Shown here piece by piece: positions 49,813 through 59,754 of a stretch of 59,754 nt of DNA (position 1 is the stretch's first letter; every line of letters starts with the position of its first letter). The notes below the pieces were generated by a model. It saw only the letters and a program-made list of their open reading frames with translations. It was not told the DNA's origin and ran no database searches. Source of the DNA: Carcharhinus longimanus (Eukaryota). The position numbers and the translations under genes were made by a program. The stretch spans positions 126,328,909 through 126,388,662 of the forward strand of contig JASCQW010000001.1 of the NCBI GenBank assembly GCA_030264375.1, written 5' to 3'.

Positions 49813-51182
49813 AACATAAGAACATAAGAAATAGGAGCAGGAGTAGGCCATCTAGCCCCTCGAGCCTGCCTTGCCATTCAATAAGATCNNNNNNNNNNNN
49901 NNNNNNNNNNNNNNNNNNNNNNNNNNNNNNNNNNNNNNNNNNNNNNNNNNNNNNNNNNNNNNNNNNNNNNNNNNNNNNNNNNNNNNNNNNNNNNNNNNNN
50001 NNNNNNNNNNNNNNNNNNNNNNNNNNNNNNNNNNNNNNNNNNNNNNNNNNNNNNNNNNNNNNNNNNNNNNNNNNNNNNNNNNNNNNNNNNNNNNNNNNNN
50101 NNNNNNNNNNNNNNNNNNNNNNNNNNNNNNNNNNNNNNNNNNNNNNNNNNNNNNNNNNNNNNNNNNNNNNNNNNNNNNNNNNNNNNNNNNNNNNNNNNNN
50201 NNNNNNNNNNNNNNNNNNNNNNNNNNNNNNNNNNNNTCCAGTCTACTCAATCTCTCCTCTTGAGCTAACCCCCTCATCTCCAGAATCAACCTGGTGAACC
50301 TTCTCTGCACTCCCTCCAAAGCCAATATGTCCTTTCACAAATAAGGGGACCAAAATTGCACACTGTACTCTAGTTGCGGCCTCACCAGTACCTTGTGCAA
50401 TTGCAGCAAGATCTCCCTGCTTTTATATTCCATCCCTCTTGCGATAAAGCCCAACATCCCATTTGCCTTCTTGATCACCTGCTGCACCTGCAGACTGAGT
50501 TTTTGTGATTCATGCACAAGGACCCCTTGTCCCTCTGCACAGTAGCTCACCATTTAAATAATAGTCCATTTTACTATTATTCCTTTCAAAGTGGATAACC
50601 TCACACTTGCCAATGTTATACTCCATCTGCCAGATCCTTGCCAATCACTTAGCCTATCCAAATCTCCCTGCAGACTTTCTGCATCCTCCACGCAATTTGC
50701 TTTCCTACTCATCTTTGTATCATCCGCAAACTTTGTTACCCTACACTCGATCCCCTCCTCCAGATCGTCTATGTATATGGTAAACAGTTGAGGCCCTAGC
50801 ACCGATCCCTGCGGCATGCCACTAGTCACCAACTGCCAACCAGAAAAGCACGCATTTATTCCAACTCTCCGCTTTCTGTTAAATAGCTAATTCTCAATCC
50901 ACGCTAACACTTTACCTCCAAGTCCACGTATCCTAATCTTCAGCAGCAACCTTTTGTGAGGCACCTTATCAAACGCCTTCTGGAAATCTAAAAACACCAC
51001 ATCCACTGGTTCCCGTCTGTCAACTGCACTCGTTACATCTTTGTAAAAATCCAGTAAATTCATCAAACATGACTTCATGAAACCATGCCGTGTCTGCTTG
51101 ATTGAGCCATTCTTTTCCTGGTGTCCTGCTATTTCTTCCTTAATGATGGATTCCAGCATTTTCCCAACTACGGACGTTAAGC
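49813..51182 (-). mobile_element. Young 5'-truncated CR1 LINE (RT domain)
   Basis: FLDFQKAFDKVPH, PQGSVLGPQLFTIYIDDL, FADDTK, LVRPQLEY; TSD caaaag at 49807-49812 and 51183-51188. Confidence 0.92.
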
Positions 51183-51356
51183 CAAAAGGACCTGGGTGTC
51201 CTTGTTTACAAGTCACAAAGAGCTGACATGCAGATGCAGTAAGCAATTAGGAAGGCAAATGGTATATTAGTCTTTATTGCAAGAGGATTTGAGTATAAGA
51301 GTGATGATCTCTTGCCGCAATTATATTGAGCCTTCATGAAACCACACTTTGATAGT

Positions 51357-51560
51357 GGGCAGAATTGACTGTGCAACCTGCCCCCTGTTTTGTGGTGGCA
51401 GGATGTGGCCTGCCATTTGCCGGCAGGAAGAACTTCCCACCATTGTCAATGGGATTTCCAGTTGAATGCACCCTTCACTACTGTAAAATCCGCAACAGGT
51501 GTGTGCTGTCAGTGGGACTGGAAAATTCCAGTGGCGTGAACAACTGGAAAGTTCCGGCCA
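51357..51560. mobile_element. MITE-like insertion within CR1
   Basis: Interrupts the host between ...acactttgatagt and ttgtatctagtttgg. Imperfect inverted ends gggcagaatt / aagttccggcc. Confidence 0.55.
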
Positions 51561-51803
51561 TTGTATCTAGTTTGGGTTTCCTTATCCAAGGAAGGATGTA
51601 TTTGAATTAGAATGAATACAACAGCGAATCACCAGACTACTCCCTGGGATGGATGGATTGTCTTATGAGAAGAGATTGAGGAAACTGGGCCTGTATTCTC
51701 TAAAGTTCTGAAAAATAAGTGGTCATCTCATTGAAACTTAAATTCTTACAGGGAATGATGAGGTTGACATGGAGAAGATATGGCCCCTGGCTGATGAGAT
51801 GGG

Positions 51804-52093
51804 ATAGAATCCTTACAGTGCAGAAGAGGCCATTTGGCCCATCAATTTTGCACCCACTCCTCTATCCCTGCAACCCCACACATTTAACATGGTTAATCCA
51901 TTTAACCTGCAGATCTTGGGACATTAAAGGCAATTTGACATGTCCAATCTACCTAACCTGCACATCTTTGGATTGTGGGAGGAAAACCGGAGCACCTGGA
52001 GGAAACCCACGTAGACGAGGGAAAAACATGCAAACTCCACATAGTCACCCAAGGCCGGAATTGAACCAGGGTTCACAGAGATGTGAGGCAGTA
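51804..52093 (-). mobile_element. HE1-like V-SINE, tail type B, slightly 5'-truncated
   Basis: atagaatccttacagtgcagaagaggccatttggcccatc...gggaggaaaaccggagcacc...ggaattgaacc...tgtgaggcag. Confidence 0.88.
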
Positions 52094-52409
52094 GGGCGAA
52101 AGGACAAAGGACAATGTCTTAGAATAAGGAGAAAATCATTTAAGACTGAGATGAGGAGGAATTTCTTCACTTAGTGGAATCTTTACCCTAGAGGGTTTTG
52201 AAACTAAATTATTGAACACGTTCAAGGCAGAAATTGATAGATTTCTGGATACTAATGATATCCAGGGATATTGGGATGGTGTGGGAATGATGAGATGAGG
52301 TAAATGTTCAGCCAGCTTAAGCCTGCTCTGATGTTGCCACGATAGTGAATTTCTTTAAACAAATTTTAAACAATATAATCCACAGAGTTCACCAAATTAT
52401 TAACTGCTA

Positions 52410-52655
52410 AGATATGGGTAAGGCCAGCATTTATTGACCATTCCTAATTGCACTTGGGAAAGGGGTGGTCTTGAGCCATCTTCTTGAATGTGGTTTGCTA
52501 AGTAATTTCAGAAGACAGCTATGAGTCAATCACACTGCTTTGGATCAGGATTTATATTTAGCTAGATGGGGGCACAGATTTCCAGTCCTAAAGGATATAC
52601 GTAAACTAGAAGGTCTTTTACAACAATCCAGTAGCTTTGTGGTCATCATCACTGA
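52410..52655 (-). mobile_element. Older SINE 3' part carrying the second-LINE-family tail
   Basis: Tail gccagcatttattgaccattcctaattgcacttg joined to a non-LINE body that overlaps the end of the 37333 head. Confidence 0.5.
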
Positions 52656-52909
52656 TAATATCCAATGTTTATGAATTTCATCTGATACCCTTTGAAGTTC
52701 GAGGAGGTTGTGATGATAATTTTATCGATAGGCATCTATCTTCCCGATGTTTATGTAAAATATAATTTGAAAGAGAAGAGAACAAACAGAATGAAATTGA
52801 GGAATGTTCAAAGGATATGAGTAGGAAAGGGACAGGGAGGAGGGGATTGGGACAAGAGTGGGAAAAATTCATCAAAAGGAGTGAGGTCCACAGGGTGAGC
52901 GGGGTGTTT

Positions 52910-53735
52910 TTTCTTTATTCGTTTGTGGGATGTGAGCATCATTGGCAAGGCCAACATTTATTGGCCACCCCTAATTATTCTTGGGAAAGTGATGGTGCCC
53001 AGCCTTCTTGGACCACTGTAGTCTACGTAAGTAGTTACACATGGGTCGGGATTGACCAGCTCACAGCATCTATCATGAGGTTCTAGTCTCTTTACCTAGG
53101 GAAGATTATACTTTCCTTAGAGGCTCAAGACCACCCCTTTCCCAAGTGCAATACTGGTTTACTAGACTGATTTGTAGGATGAGGTGCTTTCCGTGCCTGG
53201 AGACATTAAGTAGAATATACCGATAGGCCCGAATTTTCTGTCTTTATTTGGGCAAATGTTTGTTTCAAGTAGGAAAAGCAGAGGGCTGCCCATTGGCTGC
53301 CTTGCCAGGTTTTCCTGCCAAATTTTGCAGTGCATCTTGTAGGTAGTACACACAGCTGGTACTGTTCATCGAGGGTGGAAGGAGTGAATGTTTGTGGATA
53401 GCATGCCAATCAAGGGGGCTGCTTTGTCCTGGATGGTGCCAAGCTTCTTAAATATTGTTGGAACTGCATTCATCCATGTAAATGGTGTGTACTCCATCAC
53501 ACTCTTGACTTGTGCCTTGTAGATGGCAGACAGGTTTTGAAGAGTCAGAAACTGATTTACTTGCCACAGATTCTTGGCCTCTGACCTGCTCTTGTAGCCA
53601 CAGTATTTAAATAGCTGGTCCGGTTTAGTCTGTATGCTAACCCTAGGATGTTGATAGAGGGGGATTCAGCAATTGTAATGCCATTGAATGTCAAGGGGAG
53701 ATGGTTAGATTCTCTCGTTAGTGATGGTCATTGCA
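52910..53735 (-). mobile_element. Second LINE family 3' fragment interrupted by a CR1 patchwork (53030-53325)
   Basis: Homologous to 8910-9650 on both sides of the interruption. Confidence 0.7.
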
Positions 53736-54785
53736 TATAAACATTTTAACACCTGATAGGATTGATCACCTAGAGGGAATCCAGATCGGAAGCCCTAATC
53801 GTTCCCATGCTTGAATGCCGAACATCCCAATCTCCTTGTGCAAAAGCCAAACTTCCTAACTTCACCCTGCTCGACGATGGCTATCTCCGACTTCCAGCTC
53901 TTGATGTGGCTGGCCCATCTTGACCTCTTCCTGGACAATGGTGGCCATTCACAATTTCTGCTTACTGGATAGCCTAGCTTCTAGACCTTCCAGTTGATGG
54001 CAGTCCTACTCAGCTCCTCCCACTCAACATCACACTCCTAGCAGTCACTCCCAAAGGCAGAGACAGAGGACCTGGTGCATTGCATTAGGAAGATATAAGG
54101 CAGAATGTAGGCTAAGGCAAGGGCAGAACTTCACCTTGTACACCTTGCAAGGTCTGAAGAAAGCATTGGCCACACACTGCATCATTAGCAAACAGAACTC
54201 TCCTTATATGAGGAAGGCAAGAAAGGAGGTAGTGAAGAATCTGGCATGTCCTATTCACTCATTGACCACTGTTGCTCTGGCAGTGTCTAAAGCAGCCAAT
54301 CTGGTGTGCAGACTATCCCGGTTGAAGAATGCTTGGTCTAAAATTGCTGTTGTTGCCGCATTGCGTTGGAAAATATATGCTTGAGCCATTTCCAACACCG
54401 CCCCCCCCCCAACCCTGTTTCTGAGCTGTAATTTTCTATGTTTCTATGGTTCTCCCAGGCCCTGCACAAGAGTAATTGCAGCAACAAGGCCTATATGTAC
54501 ACAAGGGAAAGCTTGATAAGCATGAGAGAGAAAAGATATATTGGTATGGTTAGATGACAAAAAGTTGGAGACATATACATGGGCAAAGATGCTTGTTTTT
54601 GTGCTGCAAATACATATTATCTTTGTAATAAATGAAATATTATCAAAGCATTTTCAATCAATATGTAAACAAAGTTTAAATTCTTAGCTCTATGATTGCA
54701 ATTTTCCAAGTTGTATTCTCCCTGGCTACCATGTCAGTGTCATTCGTTAAATCCATTTGTGTCTATTTTGTGTTTTTTCCTTTAG

Positions 54786-54932
54786 CCAGCTGCAAATACA
54801 CAGAGGTAGGCTGTTGAACGTTTATAACCGACCACTAAATGTGGAAATGATGGCATGGCAAAAGGTTCTGCTCAAGAAGAGGATGCAGCACAAAATTGAT
54901 AGGAGGAGGATATTCCGCTTGTATCAAAGACG
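54786..54932 (+). CDS. Internal coding exon (phase 2 to 2): QLQIHRGRLLNVYNRPLNVEMMAWQKVLLKKRMQHKIDRRRIFRLYQR
   Basis: Strong pyrimidine tract tttgtgttttttcctttag|c, donor cg|gtaaac, open in the phase required by the 47105 donor. Not in the ORF track. Confidence 0.8.
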
Positions 54933-55247
54933 GTAAACAAATTAACACCTGTCTTATGTCTTACATTTCCTGAACTTTTTGTTTCTGAATTTCCTTTCAT
55001 GCTGCACACTGTTCTTTGGTTGGGAGATAATTCTTCCTCCCCCCGCACTCCCCCAACCAAACAGGACATGCCCAAGTGTGGCCTTTGTGCCAAGTATGAC
55101 TCCAACCAAGAGAATCTTCCCCCGATTCCTAGTGACTCCAGTTTTGCTGGAGCTCCTGATACCATACTTGGTCAAATGCTGCCTTGATGGGGTGTTAACT
55201 GACCTGATTCTTGTGTACAGGACATACCTGGCCAACCTTTCAGTTTG

Positions 55248-55822
55248 CACAGAAAGAGGTCCTTTGGCCCATCATGTCTGTGCTGGCCATCAAGCACCAA
55301 TCTATTCAAATCCCATTTTCCAGTACTTGGTCCGTAGCCTTGTATGCTATGGTGCTTCAGGTGATCATCTAAATGCTTCTTAAATGTTGTGAGGATTTCT
55401 GCCTCTACCACATTTCAGCAGTGAGTTCCAGATTCCCACAATTCCCTGCATGAAATCTATGCTCCCTAGTTATTGACCCCTCTACAAAAGAAAAAATTTT
55501 CTTCCTATCACCACTGTAACGTTCATAATTTTGTACATCTCAATCAGGCCCTCCCTCAGCCTTCTCTGCCCTAAAGAGAACAACCCCAGCCTATATAACC
55601 TCTCTTCATAGCTGAAACTGTCCAGCACAGGCAACATCCTGGTGAATTTCCTCTGCACCCTTTCTAGTGCAATCACATCCATCCTATAGTGTGGCGACCA
55701 GACCTGCACATAATACTCTAGCTGTAGCCTGACGAGCCTTTTATACAGCTCCACCATAACCTCCCTGCAGGCAAGTATTTCATATGCCTTTTTAACTACC
55801 TATCAACCAGTCCTACTGCCTT
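55248..55822 (-). mobile_element. CR1/HER1-like LINE 3' portion
   Basis: MVELYKRLVRLQLEYYVQVWSPHYRMDVIALERVQRKFTRMLP... Confidence 0.85.
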
Positions 55823-55869
55823 TAGGGGCCAAGAAGGCAAACAACAGTAAAATGGGGTAATAAGAACAC

Positions 55870-58800
55870 TGGTCTATGGTGACATGCCTCCTTGTAGGCA
55901 ATAAGTTATCAGGGGTCATATGACCCATTGGGCTAATTGCAGAGAGGCAATTGTTTGACAGTTGGAAATGACCGTTGGAGTCCAGGAGTAGTTGAGTTTA
56001 CAAGCTTTCTTATCATTGTCCTATGTACATAGATGTTTTGTCCCAAATAAGCCTCTGGTGTCTTTGTCTGCTTTGTTCATCAAGTTCTTGCAGTCATTAC
56101 ATTCGGCATCAGGTAAAGCAGAATTATTTTCTGTCATCCGCTATAAGTCAGGAGAACTGTCCTTGAGTTACAACTCTTTTAGGAAACACTACTACAACAA
56201 CTTGAGTGCTAAAATGCCTTTAATTGGGAAATTGGATTCTGAAACAGAAGAGCAGAACCAGTTGTGGAGCGTCTTTGATTACTTTTTAGGGCTAATGAAA
56301 TCAGGGTGGGGGGATGAAAAACAAAAGATAATGCTTCTAAAAATGCCTGTGGGGCTCAGACGTATCACCTAATTCAAAGTCTGACTTTTCCAGACACCTC
56401 AGATTAAAAAAAATTCAAACAATTGGTAGAACTGGTCAAAGAGCACTTTAACCCAAACCATTGGTGATAATGCAGTGATATAAATTTAACTCTAACCCGG
56501 GGAGATGTTAGCAGCCTTCGTGGCGCAGTTAATGCAATTAACTGAACAAAGTGAGTTTGGTTTGACACTCAAGATGTTAACCGGGAGGTTCGTTTGTGGT
56601 GTGAATAACTTCACCACACAAAAACAAACTAGTAGCAGATGCAGAACTTACCTTGACTAGAGCATTAGATATTGCTCAGGCTACAGAAAATGTAAAAAAT
56701 GTACATTAGAGTCACAAAACTAGGCAAGGTCAACCAACTTTGGCGGGAAACCCTAGTGAGTTGTGGCGTCAGAGATGAGGGTGTTGAAAACCATGAGTCA
56801 GAGAACAAGACAGAGGACAGAGATACAGACAGTCCATTCTGCGGACTAAGAATGCTACTGGTGCAGGGGACAGCACCCCAGGCGAGGCGTCAATATAAAG
56901 ATGCAACTTATTTCACCTGTAATAGCAGGGGTATATTAGGATTAAATGCAGAACTCAACAAAGCCTACCAAGGGCCAACAAAAAAAATACAACTCTGATG
57001 CATAGTTTAGAAACTGATTCTGAAGCATAATCTGAAGTTTACAGAGTTTACTGAGGAAGTTAACCCCAATTGTAATTTTGTTAACGGTGAACAGTCGACC
57101 ATAGAAAATGGAGATGGATACAGGAGCCTCGAACATATCATAGGAGAGCAGAGAAATCGATATTTACAAGGTTGTTTCCCTGAAATTTTGAAGCGCAACA
57201 GTCAGGCTGGCCATGTACACTGGAGAAGTCTTGAAGATACTTGGTACCACAGCAGCGCCAGTAACTTACCAACATCAGTCACCTCAGTTACCAATCATTG
57301 TGATCACGAGCCAAGGACCATGTCTCATGGGCCAAGATTGCCTCTGTCAGATCCAGTTGAATTGTCTGGAGATTTTCAGTATTATTGAAGGCAATTTTCA
57401 TGGAAGAAGTACTTCAGAATGAATTGAATACAGGGTTTCAAGGCAAAGATCTATGCTGATCCAGAGTCAACACTCAAGTTCTACAGAGCTTGTCCAGTGC
57501 CCTATGCTTTAAATGAAAAATAGAAGCTGAGCTCAAGCGGCTGGAATACTTAGGAATAATTAAGCCTGTGCAGTTTTAAGAATCGGCTTCTCCCATTGTC
57601 CCTGTTGTTAAACTGGACTGGACTGGACTGTCAGGATATGTGAAGATTATAAGCTATTAATCAGGCAGCAAAACTGGATCAGTACCCTAAACTGAAAATC
57701 GAAGATCTGTATGAAAAATTAGCTGGCAGGTTAACTTGTACAAAACTTGACAAATTTGATTTGATTTATAATTGTCACTTATTAGTATATAGTGGAAAAT
57801 ATCATTTCTTGCATGCTGTACAGACAAAGCGTACTGTGCGTAGAGAAGGAAATGAGAGAGTGCAGATGTAATGTTACAGTCTTAAGAGTCACACTTCTCA
57901 GCAGATGGAGTTGGATAAGACATCTATGCAATTTGTAACAATCAAAACCCACAAAGGCTTATATCAATATACACAACTGCTGTTCAGACTATATTTGACA
58001 TGCACGATATTTCAATGTGCTATGGAAAGTTATTACAGGAGCTGCCCAAGTTAGTTGGTTATTTAGATGATGTATCAATTACAGGAGTTTCTGAAGAAGA
58101 ATACTTAGCAAATTTGAAGAAAATTCTGAAATGATTAAAAGAAGCAGGGATAAGACTCAAGTGAGAAAAATGTACATTCCAAGCCCACAAAGTAACATTT
58201 GGGATTCAGGGATCCCATAGAGAAGAAGATTAAAGCAATACAGGTAGCACCAGCCCCCAGAAATGTATCAGAACTTGAAATCATTTTTGGGGATGGTGAA
58301 TAATTATGAATAATTTATCACAACTTATCACATAGCTGGCTCCCTTACAATACTTCTCGGAAAGTACCAAAGATGGCAATGGAATGAACATCAAAAAGAA
58401 GCATATGCCTGGATTAAAATAGCCTTGCAGTCTTCAAGCCTGTTGGTCTAAAGATCCTTGAAAGAAATATGCTGACTTGTGCTCCCTCGCTCTATGGAAT
58501 AAGAGCGGTATTGTCCCACAGACTTGAGGATGATGTAATGAGACCTATTGCTTTCACTTCCAGAACACTAATAGATGTTGAGAGAGTCTACTCTCATCAT
58601 AAAGGAAGGCTTGGCTATTATTAAAGGGATGAACAAGTTTCTTCAGTACATTTATGGATGTAACTTTATGATAATTACCAACCATAAACCATTTTTAGGA
58701 TTGTTTAGAGAGTACAAAGCCATTCCCCCATCGCTTCTGTGAGAGTCCAAAGTTGGGCCTTGCTGCTGTTGACATATGACTAAATGCTCTAACATAAGGC

Positions 58801-59754
58801 AGGCACCACATAGCCAATGTGCATGCTTTAAGCTGCCTTTCTTTGCCATTAAGTATTCCACTGCCACAAGTGCCCCAAGAAATTGTGCTCACTCTTAACT
58901 TTCTGGACCCAAAAGGACCCCATTTTGTCTAGAGTCAAATGACTGGTCCTTCATGGTTGGCAACAAGACAAGCCCAAACAATTTTAACCTTTTCAAATCA
59001 GAAAGGATGAGCTAAGTTGGGAAGATGCAGTACTGTTGTGCTGAGTCAGGGTAGTTATTTCTGCTCCTGCTCGACCAACACTATTACAAGAATTGCACTG
59101 TGCACATCCCTGTATGATGAAAATTAAAATGTTAGCCTGGAGTTATGTGTGGCTGCCTTGAAGACTTCGTTAGATACTGCAACCAGTGTCAAGTACTGCA
59201 AAGTGTACTGCCCTCAGCTCTTCTGTACCCATGGGAATGGTCAGTTTGACCGTGGATGTGACTTCATGTTGGTTTTGTAGGTCCTTTCTTAGGCAGCATG
59301 TTTCTCCTCATTCAAAATGGATGGACATTCAGAGGTGAAAACAGCAATATCCTTAGCCACAATTGATAAACTTCAGCAGACAGTCGCCACACATTGGATG
59401 TCTAGGTGCTGGTCTCTGACAATGGGACTGTGTTTACAAGCAGATAATTTCAACACTTCCTGCAATGGGATTCTACATGTTAGAACAATTCCCCACCACC
59501 CAGCCTCAAATGGGTTAGCTGGAAAAGGCATCCAGACATTTAACTCTGCCATAAAAAAAGTGGTCCTCCTTGCCCATTTTTTATTAATGTATGGAACAAC
59601 TCTTTATGCCACTATGGAGTTACCCTTTTGAATTGCTCATGGGAAGACATCTTCGGATAAAACGTGATCTAAATTTCCAAATTTAATGGGGAGGCTGGAG
59701 AACGTAGAGATATCATGATTCCACTAAGGTTGAGAGGGCTTTTCAGGCAAAACA
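55870..59754 (+). mobile_element. Decayed Ty3/Gypsy LTR retrotransposon (Mag/K02A2.6-like), gag-PR-RT-RH-IN, truncated by the window end
   Basis: gag MPLIGKLD from 56214 and LVKEHFNPK; protease MEMDTGAS (57108); RT YLDDV (58060); RNase H AVLSH...RPIAFTSRTL; integrase PWEW..LHV.FVGPFLG, DNG, PHHPASNGLA. Many stops/frameshifts. Putative 5' LTR ~55870-56100 is uncertain. Confidence 0.9.
57752..57881 (-). mobile_element. Rex1/Babar-like 3' tail inserted in the Gypsy RT
   Basis: tttgatttgatttataattgtcac...cagacaaagc...gttacagtc, homologous to 33970-34105. Splits the KLD|.SH..QQ RT motif. Confidence 0.8.

Larger units (their letters stand above)
48545..52330 (+). mobile_element. Long old CR1 ORF2 remnant hosting three nested insertions
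   Basis: KSPGSDKLHPR, YLDFQKAFDKIP, ILGPLLFIIYINDLD, FANDT, IHFG motifs with stops. Resumes at 51189 and ends in a CR1 3' UTR. Confidence 0.85.

Noticed and set aside
1-59754. CRISPR arrays, operons or other prokaryotic systems
   Set aside because: No regularly spaced repeats or dense ORFs; the sequence is vertebrate intronic DNA.

Overview
Eukaryotic, repeat-rich vertebrate DNA from a gapped draft assembly (10 N-gaps). The HE1-like V-SINEs and CR1/HER1-type LINE tails point to a cartilaginous fish (shark); this is inferred from recalled family sequences, not a database search. Most of the window is intron of one + strand protein-coding gene. I can chain five phase-compatible GT-AG exons (24940-25145, 26862-26935, 40101-41046, 46942-47105, 54786-54932; 1537 coding nt, ~512 aa). 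The gene is incomplete at both ends and I do not recognise the product. The rest is nested transposon debris: several CR1 LINE age classes, a second CR1/L2-group LINE, Rex1/Babar 3' ends, an RTE 5' end, Penelope-like elements (GIY-YIG remnants, hammerhead-like core, mini-insertions with TSDs), a decayed PIF/Harbinger transposon plus MITE-like pieces, and a decayed Gypsy (Mag-like) LTR element running off the right end. Almost all ORFs in the supplied track are repeat fragments or noise. I found no CRISPR, rRNA or true tRNA, and nothing I can defend as a wholly new biological system. The best leads are the unidentified gene, a SINE head carrying two different LINE-like tails, the Penelope mini/fold-back insertions, ribozyme-like remnants and a 31-bp locally templated inverted insertion. 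Repeat boundaries are approximate unless a TSD is quoted.
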